A DNA stretch of 64,000 bases from positions 16,661 to 80,660 of the forward strand of contig JAHISJ010000013.1 in NCBI GenBank assembly GCA_018818205.1, in the 5' to 3' direction. Made by a program: the position numbers and the translations under genes. Position 1 is the stretch's first letter; each line of letters begins with the position of its first letter. The stretch is from Patescibacteria group bacterium (GTDB lineage Bacteria; Patescibacteriota; JABMPQ01; JAHIRA01). The notes beneath the pieces were generated by a model, which ran no database searches, was not told the origin of the DNA, and worked only from the letters and a program-made list of their open reading frames with translations. Positions 8,801 to 17,771 of this stretch are shown here, piece by piece.

Positions 8801-8928
8801 TCAATAATAGTTGATATTACAACAAGAATCGCAATTAATGCGATTACCTTAGAAAATCTTACCACTTGAGAAAATAGAAACCGTGGTGTTTTGTTTGCTC
8901 TTTTTAGAAAAGAGGTTCTTCTCTTCAT
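5806..8928 (-). CDS. secreted clan GH-A glycoside hydrolase (GH51/GH79/GH44-like) with inserted beta-sandwich, Pro-rich linker and C-terminal FG-GAP/VCBS repeats
   Basis: N-terminal TM/signal; [32 protein letters not shown]...[11 protein letters not shown] domain; repeats such as [25 protein letters not shown]. Confidence 0.8.
   Translation of the reverse strand: [1040 protein letters not shown]
6814..6849. repeat. 12-bp tandem repeat x3 (PQNE linker)
   Basis: TTCATTTTGTGG occurs three times exactly, in frame. Confidence 0.9.
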
Positions 8929-8956
8929 ATCTTCATACTATCAACTTGTAGTAAAT

Positions 8957-8985
8957 ACTATAGCATTTATTTTTGATGTTGTCAA
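8957..8985 (-). promoter_or_regulatory. sigma70 promoter for the hydrolase gene
   Basis: Minus strand TTGACA (8985-8980), 17-bp spacer ending TGc, TATAGT (8962-8957). Confidence 0.8.
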
Positions 8986-9045
8986 GAGATTTGGGCTAGA
9001 AATAGAGATTTTCGGTGTATTGTGTATACTCTCCTTCCAAAACCC

Positions 9046-9074
9046 TTGACAAATTTTCTTTCGTATGCTAGTGT
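9046..9074 (+). promoter_or_regulatory. sigma70 promoter (divergent partner)
   Basis: TTGACA 9046-9051, 17-bp spacer ending TGc, TAGTGT 9069-9074. Confidence 0.7.
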
Positions 9075-9132
9075 GAAACGTTATCAAATTCAACCAAAAC
9101 GATAACACATAACGTTACTTCTAACCGATTTT

Positions 9133-10290
9133 ATGAAGATAGCATTCATCGGACAAAAAGGACTTCCTGCCAAGCAGGGAGGAGTAGAAAAGCATGTTCA
9201 TGAGCTTGCAGTTAGACTTGCAAACAACGGACATGATGTTTTTGCGTATTCCAGAAAGAGCTATACTAATACTGATAATACTACATTTCAAGGAGTAACA
9301 CTCAAATATCTTCCGTCAATTGCGACAAAAAACTTTGATGCTATTTCCCATTCATTACTTGCAGCACTTGATGTGCTTAGACAAGATTATGATATTGTTC
9401 ACTTCCACGGTGTTGGTCCATCACTTGTTTCTTTTATTCCAAGACTTCTTAAAAGACGAACCAAAGTTGTTGCAACATTTCATTGTCGTGATCAGTTTCA
9501 TCAGAAATGGGGCATGATTGCGAGGGCATTTCTTTCTTTTGGTGAGTATGCTATTAATAAGTTCCCACATAAAACTATAGCTGTCTCTAAGATTCTACGT
9601 CAGTACTGCAGTGAAAAGTATGGAAGTGAAGCAGCATATGTCCCCAATGGATGTGCAATTACTGATACTGACAAGGCGTCAATGCTTCCTCTCTTTAATA
9701 TTAAGAAAGGTAAGTATATTCTTGCCGTATCAAGACTCGTGAAGCATAAAGGTTTGCATTATTTGATTGATGCGTTTAAAGAGCTAAACGATCCTGAACT
9801 CAAATTGGTGATTGTTGGTGATACCAGTTATACTGACGAATATGTCTCACTACTTAAAGAGCGTGCTCAAGGTGATAATCGTATCGTTTTTGCTGGTCTT
9901 CAGACCGGTGAGGCGCTTGCACAACTCTTTAAGAATGCACGTTTGTACGTGCATCCATCTGAGGCAGAAGGTCTTCCTATCACTGTACTTGAAGCACTCA
10001 AATACGGTATTCCATCAATTGTCAGTAATATTCCTGAAAATATTGAGGCTTCTGGTGGCTACATCTATGTCTTTAAAAATAAAGAGCCCTTAGATCTTGC
10101 AAAGAAGATGAAGCTTGTCTTGGATCATCCAAACGAGGTTTCCGAGCTTGCAAAGGCCGGTCAAAAGTATGTCTCAATTACGTATGATTGGGACAGGATT
10201 ACTGAAACTATTGAGTCGATTTATGAAGACTTACTTGAGGATGTCCGTGAAGACGTAGCTTACGAGCGAGAAGTTCCTTTGGTAAGATAA
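9133..10290 (+). CDS. GT4 glycosyltransferase
   Basis: MKIAFIGQKGLPAKQGGVE, RLVKHKG, PSEAEGLPITVLEA. Confidence 0.92.
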   Translation: MKIAFIGQKGLPAKQGGVEKHVHELAVRLANNGHDVFAYSRKSYTNTDNTTFQGVTLKYLPSIATKNFDAISHSLLAALDVLRQDYDIVHFHGVGPSLVSFIPRLLKRRTKVVATFHCRDQFHQKWGMIARAFLSFGEYAINKFPHKTIAVSKILRQYCSEKYGSEAAYVPNGCAITDTDKASMLPLFNIKKGKYILAVSRLVKHKGLHYLIDAFKELNDPELKLVIVGDTSYTDEYVSLLKERAQGDNRIVFAGLQTGEALAQLFKNARLYVHPSEAEGLPITVLEALKYGIPSIVSNIPENIEASGGYIYVFKNKEPLDLAKKMKLVLDHPNEVSELAKAGQKYVSITYDWDRITETIESIYEDLLEDVREDVAYEREVPLVR

Positions 10291-10312
10291 AAAAAGTAAA
10301 AGCAAATAGTAT

Positions 10313-10338
10313 AAAACAGCTCCAATGGGGCTGTTTTT
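10313..10338 (+). terminator. intrinsic terminator
   Basis: AAAACAGCTCC-aat-GGGGCTGTTTT followed by Ts. Confidence 0.75.
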
Positions 10339-10432
10339 GTTTGTGTGTATTAGTAAGCTGTTGATAGCGCCTATTTACTTTTAAGCTAAAATATGCTTAA
10401 ATAAAACAGTCTATAAAGTAACAATCAAAGCA

Positions 10433-10960
10433 ATGATTGATGGTGTTAAAATAAAACAAATGAAGGTCTGGGAGGATATTCCTGATACTCCAGAAGAAGA
10501 GAATCAAAAGAAAGGGTTTCTCATGGAGGTCTTGAGGTCAGACGAGGACCTACTCAAGAAGTATGGACAAACAACGTTTACTGTTGCATACAAGGACACT
10601 ATAAAAGCATTCCATTGGCATAAAAAGCAAGATGATTTGTGGTTCATTGGCAGCGGTAAAGCAGTGATCGTACTTCATGACATGCGTGAAGAGTCACCGA
10701 CATTTGGAGAAACGCAGGAAATTTTTGCAGGAGAAGGGGACTATAAGCTTGTTTTGATTCCCGTTGGGGTTGCTCACGGATATAAAGCACTGAGCGAAGA
10801 ACCGGTTCTTCTTTTTTATCACACAACAGAAGCCTACAATCCAGAAAATCCCGACGAAGAACGAATCCCCTACAATGATCCAAAAATTGACTATGACTGG
10901 AAACAGGACTTTGGAGCTAAGGAAGCAGAGGTTGCCCAGGTAGATGAAAAGGAGGCGTAA
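10433..10960 (+). CDS. rmlC: dTDP-4-dehydrorhamnose 3,5-epimerase-like cupin (RmlC/SpsL type)
   Basis: IKAFHWHKKQDDLW, DMREESPTFG, IPVGVAHGY; next to rmlB/D/A. Confidence 0.85.
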   Translation: MIDGVKIKQMKVWEDIPDTPEEENQKKGFLMEVLRSDEDLLKKYGQTTFTVAYKDTIKAFHWHKKQDDLWFIGSGKAVIVLHDMREESPTFGETQEIFAGEGDYKLVLIPVGVAHGYKALSEEPVLLFYHTTEAYNPENPDEERIPYNDPKIDYDWKQDFGAKEAEVAQVDEKEA

Positions 10961-10968
10961 GGGAAAAC

Positions 10969-11376
10969 ATGGAAGACTGTATCTTTTGCAAAATTGTAAA
11001 CGGTGATGTGCTGTCATCAAAGATATACGAAGACGATGCGTTTCTTGCATTCCTAGACATTGCACCAGTGCATCCCGGACATATCCTAGTTATTCCAAAA
11101 GAACACTACCCGCTTCTTACCAACGTTCCCGAAGAAATCCTCCAGAAATATCTTATTGTAGTCCAAAAAGTATCTCGTGCGCTCGTTGATGGTTTGGAGC
11201 TTAACGGGTTTAACTTGGGAATGAATAATGGTTCTGTCGCAGGGCAGATTGTCCCTCATGTTCATTTTCATGTTATGCCACGCACAGAAGGCGATGGGCT
11301 GAAGCTTTGGTCGCAGCGCAGTTATGCAGAAGGGGAGGCAGATGAGGTGGCAGGGAAGATTAAAGATGCGTTGTAG
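10969..11376 (+). CDS. HIT family nucleotide hydrolase
   Basis: DCIFCKI, FLDIAP, GHILVIPK, GQIVPHVHFH histidine triad. Confidence 0.95.
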   Translation: MEDCIFCKIVNGDVLSSKIYEDDAFLAFLDIAPVHPGHILVIPKEHYPLLTNVPEEILQKYLIVVQKVSRALVDGLELNGFNLGMNNGSVAGQIVPHVHFHVMPRTEGDGLKLWSQRSYAEGEADEVAGKIKDAL

Positions 11377-11437
11377 TATCAGTCTTTCTAAGGTTATACT
11401 CGAAGGTTGTTAGTAAAAATTAATTTAAGTAGGTAGT

Positions 11438-12451
11438 ATGAAAATACTTGTCACAGGAGGTTTGGGATTCATTGGGAGTAACTTTGTCAGGTATGTTCTA
11501 AAAAAGTATCCTGAGTACGAAGTAGTTAATCTAGATAAGATGACGTATGCAGGGAATCCAGAGAATCTCAGGGATATTGAGGAGGATGCTCGCTATCATT
11601 TTTATAAGGGGGATATTTGTGATAGTGCTATTGTAGATACTATTTTCTCTGATCATGCTATAGACGCAATTATAAATTTTGCTGCGGAGTCACATGTTGA
11701 CAGGTCCATTGAAGATCCCGGTGCATTTATTCAAACGGATGTGTATGGCACGTTTGTTTTGCTTGAAGCAGTAAAGAAACATGGTGTTAAGCGGTACATT
11801 CAAATTAGCACGGACGAGGTGTATGGCGATTTTGATGACGGGGGATTTGCAACAGAGGAGTCGTCACTTGAACCATCAAGCCCCTACTCTGCTTCAAAAA
11901 CAGGAGGTGATTTACAGGTTATTGCTGCACGTAGAACGTACGATCTTCCCGTAATGATTACGCGGTGTACCAATAATTATGGGCCATACATGTATCCAGA
12001 AAAGCTCATTCCCCTATTTGTCACTAATTTGATTGAAGGGAAGAAGGTGCCGGTGTATGGTGCAGGTGATCAAATACGGGATTGGCTCTACGTTGATGAT
12101 CATTGTAGTGCTATAGATCTTGTACTTCACAAAGGTGAGTTGGGAGAGATTTACAATGTAGCTGCAAATCAAGACCCTGAAGTCACCAATCTGGAGCTCA
12201 CTAAAAGAATCCTTGAAGTGCTAAAGATGGGGGAAGAGATGATTGAGTATGTTAAAGATCGCCCCGGACATGATAAGCGCTATGCTGTTGATTGCAGCAA
12301 GATTAAGTTACTAGGATGGAAGGTTGAGACACCTCTTAAGGAAGGACTAGAAAAAACAGTACAGTGGTATGTTGACCATGAAGATTGGTGGAAGAAGATT
12401 AAGACAGGAGAGTATTTAGAATTTTATAAGAGACAGTACGAAGAACGTTAA
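11438..12451 (+). CDS. rmlB: dTDP-glucose 4,6-dehydratase
   Basis: GGLGFIGSNF, DKMTYAGN, AAESHVDRSI, STDEVYG, YSASK, NNYGPY, DRPGHD. Confidence 0.97.
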   Translation: MKILVTGGLGFIGSNFVRYVLKKYPEYEVVNLDKMTYAGNPENLRDIEEDARYHFYKGDICDSAIVDTIFSDHAIDAIINFAAESHVDRSIEDPGAFIQTDVYGTFVLLEAVKKHGVKRYIQISTDEVYGDFDDGGFATEESSLEPSSPYSASKTGGDLQVIAARRTYDLPVMITRCTNNYGPYMYPEKLIPLFVTNLIEGKKVPVYGAGDQIRDWLYVDDHCSAIDLVLHKGELGEIYNVAANQDPEVTNLELTKRILEVLKMGEEMIEYVKDRPGHDKRYAVDCSKIKLLGWKVETPLKEGLEKTVQWYVDHEDWWKKIKTGEYLEFYKRQYEER

Positions 12452-12487
12452 TCGTGCGCTGTTAACGTGATGGTAAGATAATATACT

Positions 12488-13360
12488 ATGCGAAAAAACA
12501 CTCAAATAGCAAAAAAGATAGCTATTACCGGATCAGAGGGTATGCTCGGCCATGATCTAAAAAAGGTTTTTGGGAGCGATAAAAAGTATGCACTTGTTTT
12601 GTATACAAAAAAAACTCTCGATATCACTGACGAAAAAAAAGTCCTTCAAAAATTAGAAAAAGATAAACCTGATATTATAATTAACGCTGCAGCGTTTACT
12701 GCGGTTGACGATTGTGAGGATAAAAAGCACAAAAAAGCATGTATTGCAGTAAACGGTGTGGGTCCAAAAAATGTTGCAAAAGCGGCAAAGAAGATTGGCG
12801 CGATTCTTGTCCAGATAAGTACTGATTATGTCTTTGATGGAAAGAAAAAAAGTGGGTATACTGAAAGATCGCGAGTGGGTCCTATTAATACGTATGGAAA
12901 GTCAAAGCTTATGGGTGAAGAAACGGTTAAAAAAGAGTGCACTAAGTTTTATATTGTGCGCACATCATGGCTTTTTGGCAAGAATGGACCTAATTTTGTT
13001 GAGACCATGCTTATGCTTGGCAAAAAACATCCAGAGCTTAAAGTGGTGCATGATCAGCATGGTAAACCAACGTGGACGTATGATTTAGCTTTGCATATCA
13101 AGAAACTTCTTGAGCGAAATAAAGCATTTGGAGTGTATCACTGTACCAATGAAGGTGAAACAACATGGTATAATTTTACCCGAGAGATTTTGAAACAAGC
13201 AAAGATTAAAACGCCGGTAAAGCCGTGTACATCTGAAGAGTTTCCACGGCCTGCAAAACGTCCCGAGTATTCCACGCTACTCAATACCAAGTTTTCGCGA
13301 ATGCCACATTGGAAAAAGGCGCTTACAGGATATTTAAAGGATCGAAAGAAGAAAGCATAA
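12488..13360 (+). CDS. rmlD: dTDP-4-dehydrorhamnose reductase
   Basis: GSEGMLG, AAFTAVD, STDYVFDG, YGKSK, PAKRP. Confidence 0.95.
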   Translation: MRKNTQIAKKIAITGSEGMLGHDLKKVFGSDKKYALVLYTKKTLDITDEKKVLQKLEKDKPDIIINAAAFTAVDDCEDKKHKKACIAVNGVGPKNVAKAAKKIGAILVQISTDYVFDGKKKSGYTERSRVGPINTYGKSKLMGEETVKKECTKFYIVRTSWLFGKNGPNFVETMLMLGKKHPELKVVHDQHGKPTWTYDLALHIKKLLERNKAFGVYHCTNEGETTWYNFTREILKQAKIKTPVKPCTSEEFPRPAKRPEYSTLLNTKFSRMPHWKKALTGYLKDRKKKA

Positions 13361-13384
13361 ATAATAACGATTAAGTCAACAACT

Positions 13385-14458
13385 ATGAAGGCACTCATTG
13401 CTGCAGGTGGACATGGGACGAGGCTCCGTCCGATCACCTTCACCTTAAACAAGCATCTTATCCCTATCGCAAACAAGCCGATGATTTTTCATGCGCTTGA
13501 TAAAATGGCAGAAGCGGGGATAAAAGAGGTTGGAATTAATGTAAATCCTGGAGACACCTCAATTAGCAAGGCATGTGGAAATGGTGAGGACTTTGGGCTT
13601 AATATTACGTATATCGAGCAATCCGGAGGTCCGCTTGGACTCGCTCATATTATAAAAAATGCTGAATCTTTTATTGGAGATGAAGATTTTATATTCTATT
13701 TAGGTGACAATATTATCCTTGGTAGCATTAAACCGTTTATTAAGAAGTTTAAGGATGAGAAGGCGGACTGTTTACTTGCGCTTTCTAGGGTAGAAGATCC
13801 TGAACGATTTGGTGTGCCGGATATTGATGAAAAGGGGAATATTATTGGCGTTGAAGAAAAGCCAAAACGACCTAAAAGTCCCTATGCAGTCACCGGTATT
13901 TATATCTACAACAAAAGCATTTTTGATGCAGTCAAAAAGCTAAAGCCTAGTGCGCGAGGAGAGCTTGAGATTTCTGATGCGCACCAGTATTTGATTGATC
14001 ATGGTTACAAAGTTACTTTTGTTGAGATTACCGGCTGGTGGAAGGATACCGGGAAGCCGGATGACTTGATTCAAGGAAATCAGCTGCTTCTAAACGATAT
14101 TACTTCTACGCAAGAAGGTGCGATAGTTGACGAGCATGTCCAGATTCAAGGGAAGGTGAGTATTGCAAAAGGAGCAAAGATTTTAGGACGAAGCTATATT
14201 AGAGGACCGGTCATGATTGGTCCGTGTGCGGTCATTAGAGATAGCTATATCGGTCCTTTTACTTCTGTTGGTGGTAGAGTAGAGATTTCTGGAGGAGAAA
14301 TAGAAAATTCTATCGTTTTTGATGACGCTGATATTAGTTGTAAAAGAAAAATAGTTGATAGTCTTCTTGGAAAGAACTGTACTATCACAGATGCACACGC
14401 GACATTACCGTCCGGGAATAGACTGATTGTTGGAGAAAATTCAATCGTTGAACTCTAA
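13385..14458 (+). CDS. rmlA: glucose-1-phosphate thymidylyltransferase, long form
   Basis: GGHGTRLRP, LGDN, EEKP, PSARGELEI, WWKDTG and a C-terminal beta-helix. Confidence 0.93.
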   Translation: MKALIAAGGHGTRLRPITFTLNKHLIPIANKPMIFHALDKMAEAGIKEVGINVNPGDTSISKACGNGEDFGLNITYIEQSGGPLGLAHIIKNAESFIGDEDFIFYLGDNIILGSIKPFIKKFKDEKADCLLALSRVEDPERFGVPDIDEKGNIIGVEEKPKRPKSPYAVTGIYIYNKSIFDAVKKLKPSARGELEISDAHQYLIDHGYKVTFVEITGWWKDTGKPDDLIQGNQLLLNDITSTQEGAIVDEHVQIQGKVSIAKGAKILGRSYIRGPVMIGPCAVIRDSYIGPFTSVGGRVEISGGEIENSIVFDDADISCKRKIVDSLLGKNCTITDAHATLPSGNRLIVGENSIVEL

Positions 14459-14474
14459 AGATAACGAGCAGCAC

Positions 14475-15872
14475 ATGAACAGAAAGAAAAACACATTTTT
14501 CAAAACATTATTTGTTATTGTTGTAGCGCTTTTTTTGGTTGTTCCCCAACTATCATATGCGGCAACGTACAAACCAAACAATGTTATCACCGATGAGGAG
14601 TTTAATAACTACAACTCAATGTCCCGGGGATATATTCATGAGTTTTTGGTAAAAAAAGGAAGCGGTCTTGCTGATCTTATGATTCCAACAGAGAAAGGAA
14701 ACAAAAGTGCTGCTGATTTGTTTTATGAAACTGCTCAAGCGTATAAAGTAAACCCGAAGCTACTTATAGTCACTGCACAAAAAGAACAGAGTGCTATTAC
14801 TGACGACACTCTTTCTGATAGGCAAAAGGAAGATTTGATGGGGTACGGTGTATATAAAGGGAGTACCAATGAATGCACTGGAGTGGATAAACAAATTGAT
14901 TGTGCTGCGTGGCAGTTTAGGCGCTATGTGGATCGATACGATAAATATAGCTTTCAAAAAGGAAAAACGAAAACGTCGCAAGATGGCGTTGATGTGACGC
15001 CGGAAAACCATGCGACCGCAGCGCTCTACAACTATACGCCTTATGCGGGTGGAAAAGATGGATACAATGTAAATGACACCGGTGAAGGTGGAAATTTTCT
15101 CTTTTGGAAGGTGTGGCGGCTTTGGTTTGCTCAGTACAGACCATCTGGAACGTTGATTCGTGAGATTGACACTCCGGGCATCTTTTTGCTTAAGGACAAG
15201 AAACGCTATCCGATTTGGAACATGAACGTGTTTAACGCGCATCACTTTTCAAAGGATGAGGTGGTAGATATATCTACGGAAGAAATGGAAGGGTATAGCA
15301 CTATTGCCCCGGTGCGATATCCAGATGGAGCGCTTATTCGTTCACCAAAAGGAACGGTCTATATTATTGATCATGATGAGCGCAGAGGATTTGCCACGCG
15401 TGAGGTTTTTGAGGAACTGGGTTATCAAAACAATATTCTCTATGATGCAACTTGGGAGATAGTCAATGTGTACCCTGAAGGAAAATCGATTTCAAAAGAT
15501 AGTAAAGAATATGCTAATGGTACATTGCTTCAGCCTGTGGGGAGTAAGAGCGTATTTCAACTCTGGGATGGAAAGCTTAGACCAATCCTTGATGTGTCAC
15601 TTTTTGACAGAAATTTTTATTGGAAGAACGTTATACAGGTTGCTCCTGAAGTCATTAACTCTTTTCCATCGGGGAATGCAGTTGCGTTTCGTGATGGATC
15701 CTTAATTAGAAGTAGCAAAGGTGATATTTATGTGATTGAGAATGGGGAAAGAAAGCATATTGCTAGGCCGTCTGTGTTCCATGGATTTGGTTTTAAGATG
15801 AGCAATGTGATTACTGTCCCGGATTCTGTCTTGAATGCGCATCCTGAAGGGGAGAAGTTGGAGACGTATTAA
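14475..15872 (+). CDS. secreted protein with putative lysozyme-like domain and ~60-aa tandem repeats
   Basis: Signal peptide (…SYAA); VNPKLLIVTAQKEQS…NHATAALYNYTP; four degenerate repeats of type DGALIRSPKGTVYII / DGSLIRSSKGDIYVI. Confidence 0.7.
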   Translation: MNRKKNTFFKTLFVIVVALFLVVPQLSYAATYKPNNVITDEEFNNYNSMSRGYIHEFLVKKGSGLADLMIPTEKGNKSAADLFYETAQAYKVNPKLLIVTAQKEQSAITDDTLSDRQKEDLMGYGVYKGSTNECTGVDKQIDCAAWQFRRYVDRYDKYSFQKGKTKTSQDGVDVTPENHATAALYNYTPYAGGKDGYNVNDTGEGGNFLFWKVWRLWFAQYRPSGTLIREIDTPGIFLLKDKKRYPIWNMNVFNAHHFSKDEVVDISTEEMEGYSTIAPVRYPDGALIRSPKGTVYIIDHDERRGFATREVFEELGYQNNILYDATWEIVNVYPEGKSISKDSKEYANGTLLQPVGSKSVFQLWDGKLRPILDVSLFDRNFYWKNVIQVAPEVINSFPSGNAVAFRDGSLIRSSKGDIYVIENGERKHIARPSVFHGFGFKMSNVITVPDSVLNAHPEGEKLETY

Positions 15873-15923
15873 TTTGAAGAATTTTCAATGTTCAATTTAG
15901 CAATATTAAGGTGTTCTTTGCTT

Positions 15924-15954
15924 TCGTTATTCCCGCGGAAAGGCGGGAAGCCAT
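15924..15954. repeat. REP-like palindrome remnant (GTYATTCCCGCG...GCGGGAAxCCA class)
   Basis: TCGTTATTCCCGC-ggaaag-GCGGGAAGCCAT hairpin just upstream of the KilA-N gene. Confidence 0.6.
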
Positions 15955-15990
15955 CGAACTTGACCAGCTTAGGTTTTATATTTAAAAAAT

Positions 15991-16797
15991 ATGACTAAAA
16001 AAATACAGGTTCAAGGTGTTGAAATTTCTATCATTTCTAAAAATGAAGATGATTTTATATCTTTAACCAATATGTTAAAAGCAAAAGATGGTGATTTTTA
16101 TATTTCAGATTGGTTAAGAAATAGAAATACGGTTGAATTTCTTGGTGTTTGGGAAAAAATAAATAATCCCAATTTTAATTATGGCGAGTTCGCCATAATT
16201 AAAAGTAAGGCAGGCTTAAATAGTTATAAAATAAGTGTTAAGGAATGGGTTAAAAAGACTCATGCTATTGGGTTACGATCAGTGGCTGGTCGATACGGCG
16301 GAACATATGCTCACAAAGATATTGCTTTTGAATTTGGAATGTGGATTAGCCCAGAATTTAAAATCTATCTTATCAAAGAGTTCCAAAGACTTAAAGAAGA
16401 AGAAAATGAACGTTTATTCCTTGGTTGGGATGCGAAACGAACACTAACAAAAATAAATTATAAAATTCACACAGACGCTATAAAGAAACATATTATTCCA
16501 ACTTTAGTTACCAAGAAACAAATAGATTTTGTTTACGCGAATGAAGCAGATGTCCTGAATGTCGCTCTTTTTGGAATGACCGCAAAAGAATGGACGGATA
16601 AAAACGTGAAACTAAAAGGAAATATGCGAGATTATGCTAATGTTGTACAATTAGTGTGTTTAGCGAATTTAGAGAGTATGAATGCGGAATTTATCAGACA
16701 AGAGCTTTCGCAATCAGAGAGATTGCAAAGACTAAATAAAATCGCGCTTGTTCAGATGAAGTCTCTTGCTAAAAGTGAAAGTATTAAGAAATTTTAA
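15991..16797 (+). CDS. KilA-N domain DNA-binding protein
   Basis: DFISLT, WLRNRNTVEFLGVWE, GRYGGTYAHKDIAFEFGMWISPEFK. Confidence 0.9.
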   Translation: MTKKIQVQGVEISIISKNEDDFISLTNMLKAKDGDFYISDWLRNRNTVEFLGVWEKINNPNFNYGEFAIIKSKAGLNSYKISVKEWVKKTHAIGLRSVAGRYGGTYAHKDIAFEFGMWISPEFKIYLIKEFQRLKEEENERLFLGWDAKRTLTKINYKIHTDAIKKHIIPTLVTKKQIDFVYANEADVLNVALFGMTAKEWTDKNVKLKGNMRDYANVVQLVCLANLESMNAEFIRQELSQSERLQRLNKIALVQMKSLAKSESIKKF

Positions 16798-16807
16798 ATT
16801 CAAGACT

Positions 16808-17746
16808 ATGAAAATACTTGTAACCGGTGGCGCCGGGTTTATAGGCTCACACATTGCAGATGCCTATGTATCGGAAGGGCATGATGTCGTTGTTGTTGAT
16901 AACCTTTCAACAGGAAAAAAAGAAAATGTAAACGACAGCGTTCATTTTTATGAAGTAGATATTTGTGATAAAGAAGCTCTAAAAAAGGTTTTTGTCGAAG
17001 AGCAAATCGAGGTGGTAAACCATCAAGCCGCACATGCGAGTGTTCCTGAGTCGGTCAAGGATCCTATACATGATTTAGACGTTAACATAAAAGGAAGTGT
17101 AAACCTTGCTGAGTTGTGTAAAGATTATGGAGTAAAGAAGTTTATATTTGCTTCGACTGGAGGAGCGCTCTATGGGGATGCTGAGATAACTCCTACACCA
17201 GAAACATACCCCGCAAAGCCTATTTCACCTTACGGCGTTGCAAAGCTTTCTTTTGAGCACTATTTACATTACTATTATACCGTTTTTGGTCTTAACTATA
17301 CGGTACTCAGATATGCTAACGTATATGGAGAACGCCAGGATCCTCATGGTGAGGCGGGTGTTGTTGCCATTTTCTCAAAAAAGATTGCAGGTGATGAGCA
17401 GCCGATTATTTTTGGAGACGGAGAGCAGACACGCGATTATGTGTATGTGGGTGATGTGGTAGAGGCAAGCGTTTCAGCGTTTAACAAAGATGCATTAAAT
17501 GGTGCAGTAAATATTGGTACTGGCGTTGAAACCTCAGTCAATGAACTTTTTAGGCACATTGTTTCAGTATCCGGCAAGGAAGTCTCAGAGAAACACGCTG
17601 ACGGGCGAGAGAAGGAGCAGAGGAGAAGTGTGCTTGATTATTCCCAGGCACATGAGCTTTTGGCGTGGGGGCCGGAGTTTGTATTGGGCGAGAAAGCCGG
17701 TGAAGAGGCTTTGAAGAAGACGTATGAGTTTTTTGCATTGCAGTAA
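16808..17746 (+). CDS. UDP-glucose 4-epimerase-like SDR
   Basis: [39 protein letters not shown]; ATG at 16808. Confidence 0.9.
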   Translation: MKILVTGGAGFIGSHIADAYVSEGHDVVVVDNLSTGKKENVNDSVHFYEVDICDKEALKKVFVEEQIEVVNHQAAHASVPESVKDPIHDLDVNIKGSVNLAELCKDYGVKKFIFASTGGALYGDAEITPTPETYPAKPISPYGVAKLSFEHYLHYYYTVFGLNYTVLRYANVYGERQDPHGEAGVVAIFSKKIAGDEQPIIFGDGEQTRDYVYVGDVVEASVSAFNKDALNGAVNIGTGVETSVNELFRHIVSVSGKEVSEKHADGREKEQRRSVLDYSQAHELLAWGPEFVLGEKAGEEALKKTYEFFALQ

Positions 17747-17771
17747 AGAAATTTATAATTTATCAAAAATT

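Noticed and set aside
9077-9118. AACGTTA direct repeat and GTTATC/GATAAC inverted repeat as an operator
   Set aside because: Too short for AT-rich DNA, and no regulator to link it to.
15991-16797. Prophage suggested by KilA-N
   Set aside because: No integrase, structural or replication genes nearby.
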